The notes under the pieces were generated by a model. That model was given only the letters and a program-made list of their open reading frames with translations, was not told where the DNA came from and made no database searches. A DNA stretch of 64,000 nt from contig JACVGT010000018.1 in assembly GCA_018992685.1 (NCBI GenBank), forward strand, positions 64,001 through 128,000, in the 5' to 3' direction. Below, one piece after another: positions 18,100 to 28,131 of the stretch. A program made the position numbers and the translations under genes. The stretch comes from Theionarchaea archaeon. Lineage in GTDB: Archaea; Methanobacteriota_B; Thermococci; Methanofastidiosales; SZ-28-30. Positions within the stretch are counted from its first letter, which is position 1. Each line of letters begins with the position of its first letter.

Positions 18100-18978
18100 G
18101 TGAACCAAACCGAATTTCCGCACATGGAGAACACTATCCGTCAGTTGCGCGAGAGGCTGGAAACGCTTAACGCAGAGATACGGGAACTCGTGAAAGAACG
18201 TGATGAACGAAATACCAAGGTTTCAGAGTTTTCTAAGGAAGCAAAGGAGAACAAAGCACTGAGAGATGAAATCAACGAGAGAGTCAAAGAGGATGTTGAA
18301 CTGAGAAAAGAAGCCCTTGAGAAGATTAGAAGTCTGAATAAGGACATTGAAGCTCTCAAAACAGAAAGAGAAGACCTGTACGCTGCCATGGAGAAGAGCA
18401 AGATGAAACCTCGAAACCCCACCGCACTGCGAGAGGAAATTGAGAAAATGGAATGGAAACTGGTGACCAGTGTGCTCAGCCTAAAGAAAGAGAATCAACT
18501 GGTGGATCTCATTGAACAGAACACGAAGGTTCTTGAGTTGTCAGAGAAGGTTGACAAGATCAGGAAACATATGAAAGCCATTTACGAAGAGAAGTCAGAA
18601 TTGAAAGAGAAACTGACAGAACTTAACGAGAGAATAAAAGAAGTTAGGGGGGAATCCGAAAAGTACCATCAACGCATGCTATATGCCTACCAAAGAGCTA
18701 ACGAGATCAAGAAAGAGGCAGATTCCTATCACAATCAGTTCGTGGAGAGAAAGGAGGAACGAGACAAAGTATTTAAGGACTACAGGGAATTGATTGATAG
18801 GAAGGAAAAGATGATGAGCACACTCCGGGAAGAGAAGATCAGAAAGAAGGTGGAGGCGATCAGAGAACGTGACGAATTGCTGCGCAGTAGGGCTAAAAAA
18901 ATCTTAGAGGAGTTCAGAAAAGGGAAAAAGCTGAATACTGAAGAGTTCCGAATTCTTCAGGAGGGTGGCTTGTTGTGA
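18100..18978 (+). CDS. Archaeal coiled-coil protein
   Basis: E/K/R-rich heptads; C-terminal FRKGKKLNTEEF. Confidence 0.8.
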   Translation: MNQTEFPHMENTIRQLRERLETLNAEIRELVKERDERNTKVSEFSKEAKENKALRDEINERVKEDVELRKEALEKIRSLNKDIEALKTEREDLYAAMEKSKMKPRNPTALREEIEKMEWKLVTSVLSLKKENQLVDLIEQNTKVLELSEKVDKIRKHMKAIYEEKSELKEKLTELNERIKEVRGESEKYHQRMLYAYQRANEIKKEADSYHNQFVERKEERDKVFKDYRELIDRKEKMMSTLREEKIRKKVEAIRERDELLRSRAKKILEEFRKGKKLNTEEFRILQEGGLL

Positions 18979-20069
18979 AGGAAAAGAAGGATATTCTGGT
19001 TATAAGTGTGGACCGCGACGATGATCTGGGCAGAAAAGCAGCATTGAAAGGCCCTATCGTTGGGAGAGAAAAGGTCCTGGATGCTGCCATGAAGCTGGGT
19101 CTGGCAGATCCCACTGACTCTGATACTAATGTTCTGTTCAGGGCAGTCAAAGTCAGAGATGAGTGGGCAGAATCTGCCGGGAAGATTGAAGTTGCAGCCG
19201 TTACGGGAGATGGAAAAGTAGGAGTCACATCTGACGTTAAGATTGGAGATCAGCTGGATGCAGTACTCAAATCGTTTAAGGCAGATGGAGTCATCCTGGT
19301 CACTGATGGAAAAGAAGATGAGTTTATTGAGCCAGTTGTCCGGTCGAAGACGCAGATTTTGTCTGTGGACAGGATCATTGTGCAGCAGTCTGAAGAACTG
19401 GAAACCCAGTACTTCATTTTGCAGGAATATCTGCACAACCTCATGGAAGATAGGAAGGTTTCTGGTCTGGTGTTTGGGCTTCCCGGATTGTGGGTTATGG
19501 CCTTCTGTCTGGCTAGATATTTCGAACGGTCTGAGATCTTATATGCTATTGGTGCGTTCACAGGGTTCTATTTTTTCTCCCGAGGATTTGGCATTGATAA
19601 GATACTATCAGAGGAACTGGCACCAGGCAAATTCAGTATCTTCACGTACCTGGCAGCCATTCTTCTGGCCTTTGTGGGAGTGTCCAATGTGTGGCAGCAT
19701 GCTCCAAGTACCTGGCAGGAAGTCCAACTCTTCAGGGTGCTGCAGTTATACATCTACGCCAATCCCTGGATTCCCCTGGCTGTTTTTGTAGCCCTGGCAG
19801 GTAAAACCATTGATGCCTATGCGCACAGCGCAACTACTGAGTCTGAAGAATCCCCTCCTAGACCTGTCATGTGGTACTATTTGCGTGTGTGGGGATTTGC
19901 CACCTCTCTGTTCTTCCTGCTGTACCAGGTGGCCAACTATGTCGTGGGAGTGATTTCCTTTGATGAGCTGTCAATGACCGCTATCATAGCCATGTTCTTT
20001 GCTCTGACAGTCTGGGTCATATCATACCGTCAAGAGGGAAAGGCAGAGGTCGGGACAGCAGTGACCTAG
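18975..20069 (+). CDS. DUF373 family membrane protein
   Basis: VISVDRDDDLGRK, DPTDSDTN, VTDGKEDE, VQQS followed by TM helices. Confidence 0.88.
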   Translation: MKEKKDILVISVDRDDDLGRKAALKGPIVGREKVLDAAMKLGLADPTDSDTNVLFRAVKVRDEWAESAGKIEVAAVTGDGKVGVTSDVKIGDQLDAVLKSFKADGVILVTDGKEDEFIEPVVRSKTQILSVDRIIVQQSEELETQYFILQEYLHNLMEDRKVSGLVFGLPGLWVMAFCLARYFERSEILYAIGAFTGFYFFSRGFGIDKILSEELAPGKFSIFTYLAAILLAFVGVSNVWQHAPSTWQEVQLFRVLQLYIYANPWIPLAVFVALAGKTIDAYAHSATTESEESPPRPVMWYYLRVWGFATSLFFLLYQVANYVVGVISFDELSMTAIIAMFFALTVWVISYRQEGKAEVGTAVT

Positions 20070-20548
20070 AGGTCAATAGGTTCTTTTTCTACTATTTCTG
20101 AAGCTGAAAGCACAGCAATACCCACTTTCTTATCTATAATCTCAACGAGCACCACTTTGTCTGGGTTTTCCAGGTCCACGGGATTTCCCATTGTCTTTAC
20201 GATCTGAGCACCCACTTTCCGTTCTATTTCCATGCTAGGTATGGGAAATCCACGTCTCTTACAGCGTACTGCAAACGTTTCTCCTTGACCTAGCTTCTTC
20301 TCTGCAAGGCAAAGCGTTCTCTCAAGAATTACAGCAAGATCTGCACGCATGAAGTCATCAAGAGGAATTACTCTGCATATGGCCGTTGTCTCATAGGATC
20401 GAACCTGCTGAAGAGCTTCCTCATCTGCCTCTATCAGAAAGAGTCCCCTGTACCTCGTTCTGATGATTCTGCAGTTCTCCACTGCCCATTGGATTTCCCA
20501 CATGCCGTCATACTGGCGGTTCACAGGAGTGGTCACCATGAAGTACAT
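20066..20548 (-). CDS. THUMP domain RNA-binding protein
   Basis: TFAVRCKRRG, EIERKVGAQI, VDLENPDKVVLVEII; start uncertain (20593 alternative). Confidence 0.85.
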   Translation of the reverse strand: MYFMVTTPVNRQYDGMWEIQWAVENCRIIRTRYRGLFLIEADEEALQQVRSYETTAICRVIPLDDFMRADLAVILERTLCLAEKKLGQGETFAVRCKRRGFPIPSMEIERKVGAQIVKTMGNPVDLENPDKVVLVEIIDKKVGIAVLSASEIVEKEPIDL

Positions 20549-20599
20549 ACCCAAGGAAGGGGCTCCTCCATTAAAAGAGTTGTGTTTTGGCACAGACCA

Positions 20600-23500
20600 T
20601 CAAATGAAATCACTGAGATGCAGCTGCTTCTGGGTTTCATGGAACATCAACTCAATCTCGTGTTCCACGAGATCAATTCGCTGTTTCACATAGCTTGATA
20701 TGTCATACTTTTCCACCAGATCTTGGGAGATCTGTAAGTATTTTTCAATCGAACCTCTTGATATGGTGAGAATGACATTTCCTCTGCACCGAGGGCACAC
20801 ACCTGTGAGAGGTACTCTCCTGAACTTCTTGTTGCAGGTTGTGCATCTGAACCCCTGCTTTGAAAAAGAGCGCAGATTTCCTATCATATCAGGTATAAAA
20901 TGAGATTTTATTAATCTTTCTGCGGTATCATCAATGTCTACTGCCCGTACCCTCCGTGCAATCTCTAGCTGGGCTGAAATCTTATCTTTCATGGCTCCCA
21001 GCGTCTTGTAGGAACTTTCTGGCGGTCCTTGCGATATATCAGAGGTGGGATGGGTCACCTTGAACCCCTGATACTGGGCAGGAGTGCCCAGTCTGTCTTT
21101 GACCGTTTCCACGTGCACAGCTGAAGGAGACACAATCTCCGAGCTGTACAGCTCCATTGGATACTGTGACACGATGTCAAGATCGTGGGCTTCTTTATCC
21201 ACCTCGCGAGGATCAATCTTGGTAGTCAAGACAAGGGGTGCATCCATTTTGCCCCCTCTCTTCTCCGGGAGGTAGTACACAGAGAAATTCAGAAGAGCAT
21301 CCAGGGCCACGATGATGGCATCTTCATCCCCATCGCAGTTCCGCCTCTTGGCAGCATGAAAATACGGATGGGCGTACCCCACCTTTGCATCGACAAATCC
21401 GATGATCCTTCCAAGCACACCTGCAGAGGTGTGGGGAGCGAGCCCAATGACGAGGTGGCCGAGAAGATCCTTTCCGGAGTGGACATTATAGAAAGGAGGA
21501 AGCTTGTAATGCCTCTCCAACAGCTGGTCTAAGAACTGAGTCACCCTGATCAGGTAGGGAATGGCATTCCTTGAGATGATTATGTCCTGGACATTGAGTT
21601 CCACCACCTGAGTCTCATGTTCCAGAGGGTTTCCCAGATAGTCGGTGGTATACCCCAGCTTTCTCAATTCCTCCAGTGATACTCCTATTTCCTGCGGAGT
21701 GAAATGTGTTAGTGGGAGATCAGTTGCATCAAATCGAATAGTGCCATCTTTAAACACATATACCTTGTTTCGAGCTCTGAGAACACCTTTCATCACGGGT
21801 TCAGGGAATTTATATGCTGACGTCATTCCGATTACTCCTTTTACCTGTTCGGGCACCTTCTCATTAATCTGACCTAATTCATCAGCTATATTGACTTTCT
21901 TTCTGGAATACAGTTGGAGTGGTAAATTACACGCAGGACACAGGTCATATTCAGTCTTGATTTTGTCTACTGAACAAGATCTATTGATGCAGGTCTTGAA
22001 AAGCTCCGTTACTGATCCACATTTCGGACAGGTCCGTTTGTAGGTGATCTCTCCGCAGCGAGGGCACTCCAGGTTGACCACGTCCACTTCAATGACATGA
22101 TGACCTGCCTTCACCATGTTCCTGGTTTTTCCTCCATGAGTTCCCACGGGGAAGAGCGCGTGGACAGGGGGAGACATGACCCTGTATTTGCTCTTCTCTG
22201 GTCTGCCCATTCTCACACCCACAGTGTAAACGCATTTTGCTCTGACGGGGAATCCTGCCATCTTGCTGACAGCCTCCAGGACGGGGAGGTCTGGGCTGAA
22301 CGTCTCTTCATTCAGACAGGCAAAAAAAGCAGGAGATTCAATAGTGAGTTGATCCTCCCTGACCCTGTGGGGGACTCCAAGGACTTCAAGAATGTCCTTT
22401 ATCTGGGGGGAATAGGTTCTCTTGTCCCAGGTGACCAGCGCCAGTAGCTCCTCCTTCTCCAGGTAGTTCCAGGAGTAGGTGTACTTGGGATGGAGAGGGC
22501 ATTTGTGCTCTCTGCTGATGGCCAACGCTTCCTCTTCACTCACAGAATGCGGGTCTACCTCGACGGGAACCTCCTGTATCCACCACTCTTCTACGTATCC
22601 CGAAGGGAGAACGACATGACTGTTCTGCAGAAAATCTCCATATGATATCAAAGCATCTCCCATGTACAGAATCTCATCAATCTCCTCTTTGGACGCTTCT
22701 GCCTGTTCATACGTCTCAAGCCTGACCACATCTCCATTCTTTAATAAGACGGTAGGGCCTTCAATTGAATCCACCGGTGCTGCAGCAGTGGCTTTTCCAG
22801 GCCGCTCCGTCTTCAACTGAGTCCCTGTGGCAATGAACCCGCTGCACACTGACATGGTGGCAGGATGTATTCCCCAGGCCCCCAGTCCCGTGTTTCTGGA
22901 GCGTCCCAGCCGAATGCGGAACCCGCCTCTTCGCATGGGATATGAGAAGACAGGTCGTCCTGCAATAACATCTTTCAAGTACTTCTCATTGGCAGAAATC
23001 ACCGTGGCATCCTGTACTGACACTGTATGGAGATCTTTCAACCATTCCCAGTCAGGAATATTAAACTTAACTGCATATTTATAGACTTTCTTGCTTTTCT
23101 GGATAACACTCTCTGCCAGAGCCAGGATAGCACCTCCGCGAACCCTGTCGGTCTCGATTCGCTCCATATTCCGGTGCCCAGACACCTCTTCTTTCTCTGT
23201 GGGTTCTCCCGTTATTTCAACAGGGACATGTGTCAGGGCTTCCCGGGTTTCATCAGGAGTTGGAAAATACTGGAGACGAGTAATCCTGTTATATAACTCC
23301 ATTTCCTCGATATACCGTTCAATTTCATCCTGAGAAGCCTTGAACGCATCAAGGTGGAGTTTTCGCCTGATATAATCTCCCAGTAGTACCACAAGGGCAG
23401 CAGCAGTCCCTCCTGCGCTCCTGATGGGACCTGCAAAGTAGACTGCCAAGTACTTGGTGCCATCAAAATTGGATTTGATCTTGACCTTGGCAATCCCCTC

Positions 23501-23836
23501 CAAGGGAGCTGCCACAATTCCCTCTGTGAGAATCGCCAGTGAGGTTCTGATGCACTGCTCTGCAGTCTTCTCTCCCTGGAAATCTGATTCGATGATCTGG
23601 TCAATGACCTTCAGTGCGATATCTTCCCGGGAGAATCCTTCTCTATCAAGAGTTCGGACAGTATCAGCAATCCCCCGGGGACCTACCAGACTCTCCACTC
23701 TATCTGCCATGTCTTTAGCCCGGGGAATTTCCACATGCGGCGAAGGGTCTTTCCACTGTCTCCGGGCATTTCCAGCCACCACATATAGCTCTTCCAGCTG
23801 CTCTTCCAACAGTGAAAAGTATTGTTCAGGCTCCAA
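20600..23836 (-). CDS. polC: DNA polymerase D large subunit DP2 (no intein)
   Basis: AGPIRSAGGT, RMGRPEK, FKDGTIRFD, HAAKRRNCDGDED catalytic motif, Zn fingers. Confidence 0.98.
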   Translation of the reverse strand: MEPEQYFSLLEEQLEELYVVAGNARRQWKDPSPHVEIPRAKDMADRVESLVGPRGIADTVRTLDREGFSREDIALKVIDQIIESDFQGEKTAEQCIRTSLAILTEGIVAAPLEGIAKVKIKSNFDGTKYLAVYFAGPIRSAGGTAAALVVLLGDYIRRKLHLDAFKASQDEIERYIEEMELYNRITRLQYFPTPDETREALTHVPVEITGEPTEKEEVSGHRNMERIETDRVRGGAILALAESVIQKSKKVYKYAVKFNIPDWEWLKDLHTVSVQDATVISANEKYLKDVIAGRPVFSYPMRRGGFRIRLGRSRNTGLGAWGIHPATMSVCSGFIATGTQLKTERPGKATAAAPVDSIEGPTVLLKNGDVVRLETYEQAEASKEEIDEILYMGDALISYGDFLQNSHVVLPSGYVEEWWIQEVPVEVDPHSVSEEEALAISREHKCPLHPKYTYSWNYLEKEELLALVTWDKRTYSPQIKDILEVLGVPHRVREDQLTIESPAFFACLNEETFSPDLPVLEAVSKMAGFPVRAKCVYTVGVRMGRPEKSKYRVMSPPVHALFPVGTHGGKTRNMVKAGHHVIEVDVVNLECPRCGEITYKRTCPKCGSVTELFKTCINRSCSVDKIKTEYDLCPACNLPLQLYSRKKVNIADELGQINEKVPEQVKGVIGMTSAYKFPEPVMKGVLRARNKVYVFKDGTIRFDATDLPLTHFTPQEIGVSLEELRKLGYTTDYLGNPLEHETQVVELNVQDIIISRNAIPYLIRVTQFLDQLLERHYKLPPFYNVHSGKDLLGHLVIGLAPHTSAGVLGRIIGFVDAKVGYAHPYFHAAKRRNCDGDEDAIIVALDALLNFSVYYLPEKRGGKMDAPLVLTTKIDPREVDKEAHDLDIVSQYPMELYSSEIVSPSAVHVETVKDRLGTPAQYQGFKVTHPTSDISQGPPESSYKTLGAMKDKISAQLEIARRVRAVDIDDTAERLIKSHFIPDMIGNLRSFSKQGFRCTTCNKKFRRVPLTGVCPRCRGNVILTISRGSIEKYLQISQDLVEKYDISSYVKQRIDLVEHEIELMFHETQKQLHLSDFI

Positions 23837-25337
23837 AGTCCATCACCAGCATATTGTAGGTTTTCAGATTCAGGAGGGGAACCTTGCACGGCGTGGGTTT
23901 AATATTCCGGGTCTTCTGGTATTCCGATTGTTCCATCCAGCAACCCGCGTTCAACACTGTGGTCCCTCTATAGTTCTGGTACGAATTGACATGAATATGT
24001 CCAGTCACAAACACGTCCGGCACGTCCTCTATCACCAGCAAGTCCTCTTCAGAGGGAGCCATGGGCACATTTCCGTACATGGGACAGAGATGTCTTTTCT
24101 TCAGCATTTCAACCATGGGAACAGACGCATCATCATGCTCCTTCTGGAGAGCCAGAAAGTCGAAGAGACTCCCTCCGTGGTACAGCAGAACCTTCACTGA
24201 GTGTAGATCCAGGAAGCAGGGGTTGCCCACCATTCTCACATTCTCCATACTGTACAGATCGGGGGCATATTCTTCCAGAATGGGGAGCTGGGGCTCTGCA
24301 ATGCGTGTCGCATCGTGATTTCCAGGTGCCAATATCAAGGTGATATGAGAAGGAATTAATTTCAAGAGAGTTGCCAGGTTCCGGTACTGCTCCATGATGT
24401 CTGGGATGACCAGATCGTTCTCCTGGCCAGGATAGATGCCCACGCCATCCACCAGGTCTCCCACCACCAGGAGGTATTGAATCTTGCGGGCAATTTCTGC
24501 CCGGTGATCATATTTCAGGTTCAACCAGCGAATGAACCTGAGGAATGCCTTCTCCATGAAACTGCTGCTTCCTACATGAAGATCAGAAGTGACAGCCACC
24601 CAGATATCCTCTTCACTGTGGTTGGGTTCCCGTCCTGGAATGTCCGGAAATTCCAGATGATTAACAAAAATAATATCTTGCCCCAGGATTCCCGAGACAC
24701 CCACCACTTCATCGGTGAGAATGGTCCGGGCTTGCTCAGCCAGCGTTTCATTCCTACTGTGGAGCAGTGCTTTTATGGAGTCAGTCTCATCCTCAAGAGT
24801 CAGAATCGTGTGTCCATTGCGGGTAGTTCCACAGTCTGTTACTATGCCAACTGTTTTCACCATATCTTTGATCTTCATTTTCTTCACCACGGACAGTGGC
24901 TGGAAATCACGCATGGTGGGCTTAGCTCGAAACATTCGAGACAATTTGCGGTACCGGCTTCGGAACATGTCCACGAAGTTCTTGCAGGTCCCTTCAGACA
25001 GAACTTTTCGGGTAACATCCTTGATGATCCTGAAGTCATGATCGGCAGTGAGCGGGGTGGCGGGGACAAATTCGTCAAGAGGCAAATTCTCCCCCGTATA
25101 TTCAAAGGTTGCTTCTGCTTCAACCTGTGGGTAAAAGAATGAATCAATATGATCTCTTCCTACGAATGTGACGTTTCTCTTCTTGAGATATTCAATGAAT
25201 TCATCCAATTTGGTGGATTCCTGCGTGGCCAGCACTTCGACAGAATCTGTGGTTAGAAAGAGGTTGTTCCTGTTGAATTTCTCATTTATTATCCCTATGG
25301 AAGACGAAGTTTCAATCATTGTATCATCTGTATCCAA
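23826..25337 (-). CDS. polB: DNA polymerase D small subunit DP1 (proofreading exonuclease)
   Basis: OB fold; SDLHVGS, GDLVDGVGIYPGQ, PGNHD, YHG, RHLCP, GHIH. Confidence 0.96.
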   Translation of the reverse strand: MDTDDTMIETSSSIGIINEKFNRNNLFLTTDSVEVLATQESTKLDEFIEYLKKRNVTFVGRDHIDSFFYPQVEAEATFEYTGENLPLDEFVPATPLTADHDFRIIKDVTRKVLSEGTCKNFVDMFRSRYRKLSRMFRAKPTMRDFQPLSVVKKMKIKDMVKTVGIVTDCGTTRNGHTILTLEDETDSIKALLHSRNETLAEQARTILTDEVVGVSGILGQDIIFVNHLEFPDIPGREPNHSEEDIWVAVTSDLHVGSSSFMEKAFLRFIRWLNLKYDHRAEIARKIQYLLVVGDLVDGVGIYPGQENDLVIPDIMEQYRNLATLLKLIPSHITLILAPGNHDATRIAEPQLPILEEYAPDLYSMENVRMVGNPCFLDLHSVKVLLYHGGSLFDFLALQKEHDDASVPMVEMLKKRHLCPMYGNVPMAPSEEDLLVIEDVPDVFVTGHIHVNSYQNYRGTTVLNAGCWMEQSEYQKTRNIKPTPCKVPLLNLKTYNMLVMDFGA

Positions 25338-25537
25338 ACATACTTTTTCCTATTTTCATGAATTCGCAGTATATACGGAGGTTAGAATACTTTTAAAGGT
25401 TAATATAATCATACGGCTTAAATGCCTCATTTACTTCATAAAATGGATTCTCCTTTTTCACATGTGAGACGCACGATGCTTCCCAGTCATGTTACTGATA
25501 GTGAAAAATGAAAGAAAGAGGTGAAAAAAGACAGAGA

Positions 25538-25711
25538 TTAGAGCCCTTTCACCAGAATACCAAGGATGAGCAGGACATTTGAAATCACTAAGCAAAGCTG
25601 GGCAAAATCAGTACGTATTGCGATTACGTTTGTGTAGAGACCCAGAAGACCGATGAGAAAAAAGATGAGGGCTATAACAAAAGTCACTGTCTTTGGTGCT
25701 TGAGGTTTCAT
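25538..25711 (-). CDS. Small two-TM membrane protein
   Basis: MKPQAPK followed by two hydrophobic helices ending KGL. Confidence 0.65.
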   Translation of the reverse strand: MKPQAPKTVTFVIALIFFLIGLLGLYTNVIAIRTDFAQLCLVISNVLLILGILVKGL

Positions 25712-25870
25712 ATGCACACTATGCATTCGACAATTAAAAGCTTTCTGATCCAAATGACTGAAAACTGAAAACAGCTTGAGAAACGGTCTCAGTAAGACAT
25801 GTTTATTTTTGGAAACACTCTTTAAGAGAATGTATCCGCACCTTTATAAGTGGAGTATTTACTAACAATC

Positions 25871-26047
25871 ATGGAAATGGAGTATTGCCAGATTTGTGGA
25901 CGAAATACACCAGCCTTAAGAGAGTGCATTCTGTGCGGGAAGAACGTATGTCCCCGCTGTTTCCGAATTTCCATGGGCGTCTGCAGAGTCTGTGTGCCCG
26001 GGCAGAAAGGAGCCTATTATGATATTCTCAGAGAGCATGTAGAATAG
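25871..26047 (+). CDS. Small zinc-finger protein
   Basis: CQIC, CILC, CPRC, CRVC; TATA CTTTATAA upstream. Confidence 0.75.
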   Translation: MEMEYCQICGRNTPALRECILCGKNVCPRCFRISMGVCRVCVPGQKGAYYDILREHVE

Positions 26048-26552
26048 TATCGAAGATTTGGGCAGTGAAGATGCTTTCCTTTGTGACTGCAACGTTTTGG
26101 GTGCTCTCAAGATCCGATCTCGCAATTGATTGAAGAAATCACTATTTTGGCCCTATAGTACTTCCCTTATTTCATTTCATAATGGTTTTTCAGCATCATG
26201 TCGACACCCTGTTCCTGAAAACGACTCTGAAGTGTTCCGGGAGCAAACCTTTCATTGGTGTAGGAAGTCCAGAGAGCAGTGATAGTCTGATCAAGTGCGT
26301 GACAGTGTGTGGAATTCTGATGTTGACAGTAGTGACCTCACGGGATGAGCTTCCTTTCACGGAGACAGTCTCTCTGAGTGAGCTACCTGATCGCCATTCC
26401 TCTGAAGTGGCTACAGCCATCCTGGAGAATACGAAGGAGTTAGGACTCCCCTAAAGGGTTGGTGAGGAGGACTGGGTTGAGTCGGAAAGTGACAGCATAA
26501 GTTCTAAAAAGAAGATGAAACTCTTAAATAGACCTACGTGTCATATGTACCC

Positions 26553-27974
26553 ATGAAGAAATATGTGGTATTGGCCTTGCTCTTGCTTGTAGTCAGTTCG
26601 AATGCTGTGGTATCTCAGCCATTTACCGCAACTGTCGCCCTGTTCCCCGGATGTGGTCTGCAGTACTGGTATGGCCAGGAGGTGTGCGGGGAGATTGTGG
26701 TCTCTGATGATGCCTGGGTTACCCGATGGGTTGAGGACCAGTACGGGAATATCTGGTATCACTGGGGTACTCGGTACTACACGGCAGGTGTTCACCACTT
26801 CTGTGGATACATGGGATTACCCATAGGAGTCCATGTCATGAACATTGAAGCACAGCGGATCTCTGATGGTGCCATTGCCACTGACCAGTGCCAGTATACG
26901 GTATGCTGCGTCAGCTCGATATGGATACCTGGCAGACCTTCCTGTAATTGTGAGGATGTGACCTTTTCTGTTGATATTGACAAAAGAGAGGGTTCTCCAG
27001 GAGACTACATTACCGTGGTGGTGACAGCCACCAACGACATGGGAGGTGACTGCAACAAGAAGTTTGATGCAGGGCATCTCGAGATTGACTGGGGAATTCT
27101 CGGCGGCAACACGTCACCTCTGGAAAAGGATGTTCTGGTTAGACCCGGGGACACCAAGACCATTCTGGAAGAGACTCATTTGATACCCTTGATCCCTGAA
27201 GGAGATTACAATGTGGTGGTCTACTACTCTGATTCTGAATGCACCTGGATAGATTATACAATGATATCTGTTGTCTTGACGACTGAAGGCTCTCTTGAAG
27301 TCTTATCATATCCTGACATCATGAATGTGGATGAAAAAGGTCGCGTACGGGTCTTGGTACGAAATAAGAGCCAAAAAGAGGCTGAATTTACCTTGGTTGC
27401 CAGTGCTCCATCTGAGATTCATCTGCTTCAGAATAGATACACGGTTACTATTCCTCGAGCCGGGTACACTCAGATTGATGTGGCATTTCAGCCAGAGGAG
27501 AGAGGAACATACTCTCTCGAACTGGAGCTGACCAGTGAAGGCCAGTCTCTGGGGCACACAGTGGTCAGCATCCAGGTGGAAAAACCCATATCTGGACAGC
27601 TGGAAGTTATTCACCCGCCTGATGACGTCTCGAAGACTGAAAGTACTGTTGCTGTGCTACGCATAACAAACACGGGACAGTACGACACAGACTATCGACT
27701 GACTGCTTCAGCAGAAAATGTTGAGATTCAACCCATATCTGACTTCTTCGTGCCCGGGTCTCAAAACAGAGAAGTTCAGATCTACATGACCCCCCTGGCT
27801 GAGGGAGTGCATCAGGTGACCTTTCAACTTCTGGCAGAGGACCACCTTATGGACTCGGCCTCAGTCGCCTTTGAGACAACCAAGAGCCCTCCTCTGCTCA
27901 TGATAGGTGGAATTGTCACAGTTGTAGTTGTCCTGGTAGGAATAGCACTCATGTACTACGCCCTCAGAAGATGA
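26553..27974 (+). CDS. Cell-surface protein with Cys-rich N-domain, tandem Ig-like domains and C-terminal TM anchor
   Basis: Signal peptide MKKYVVLALLLL; repeated GSLEVLSYPD / GQLEVIHPPD units; TM segment plus RR tail. Confidence 0.8.
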   Translation: MKKYVVLALLLLVVSSNAVVSQPFTATVALFPGCGLQYWYGQEVCGEIVVSDDAWVTRWVEDQYGNIWYHWGTRYYTAGVHHFCGYMGLPIGVHVMNIEAQRISDGAIATDQCQYTVCCVSSIWIPGRPSCNCEDVTFSVDIDKREGSPGDYITVVVTATNDMGGDCNKKFDAGHLEIDWGILGGNTSPLEKDVLVRPGDTKTILEETHLIPLIPEGDYNVVVYYSDSECTWIDYTMISVVLTTEGSLEVLSYPDIMNVDEKGRVRVLVRNKSQKEAEFTLVASAPSEIHLLQNRYTVTIPRAGYTQIDVAFQPEERGTYSLELELTSEGQSLGHTVVSIQVEKPISGQLEVIHPPDDVSKTESTVAVLRITNTGQYDTDYRLTASAENVEIQPISDFFVPGSQNREVQIYMTPLAEGVHQVTFQLLAEDHLMDSASVAFETTKSPPLLMIGGIVTVVVVLVGIALMYYALRR

Positions 27975-28131
27975 CACTCAACCGGCCCCTCTCAGACCGC
28001 AGTCAGACTTCAGCCAGTGAGAGCACGGATCCTGAGAACAGGCTACCATGACCACTGGAAACTCTCCTCCTGACAGGATAACCATCAAATCGGGACGCCA
28101 AAAGTTAAAAAGCACTATTCGATCATAATTC

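Noticed and set aside
20600-23836. Inteins in DP2 (and in RFC-S)
   Set aside because: Lengths are compact and the motifs at the usual insertion sites are uninterrupted
23454-25142. Long antisense ORFs (248 aa, 221 aa) opposite the PolD genes, and similar shadows elsewhere
   Set aside because: They fully overlap well-supported genes on the other strand; codon-bias shadows
25338-25537. Possible oriC/cdc6 upstream of DP1-DP2, as in Thermococcales
   Set aside because: No cdc6 gene and no ORB (TCCAxTGGAAA...GGGG) repeats visible
26260-26500. RNase P or SRP RNA (TAGGAAGTCC resembles GAGGAAAGTCC)
   Set aside because: Imperfect match, no 3' conserved region and no GC-rich terminal helix
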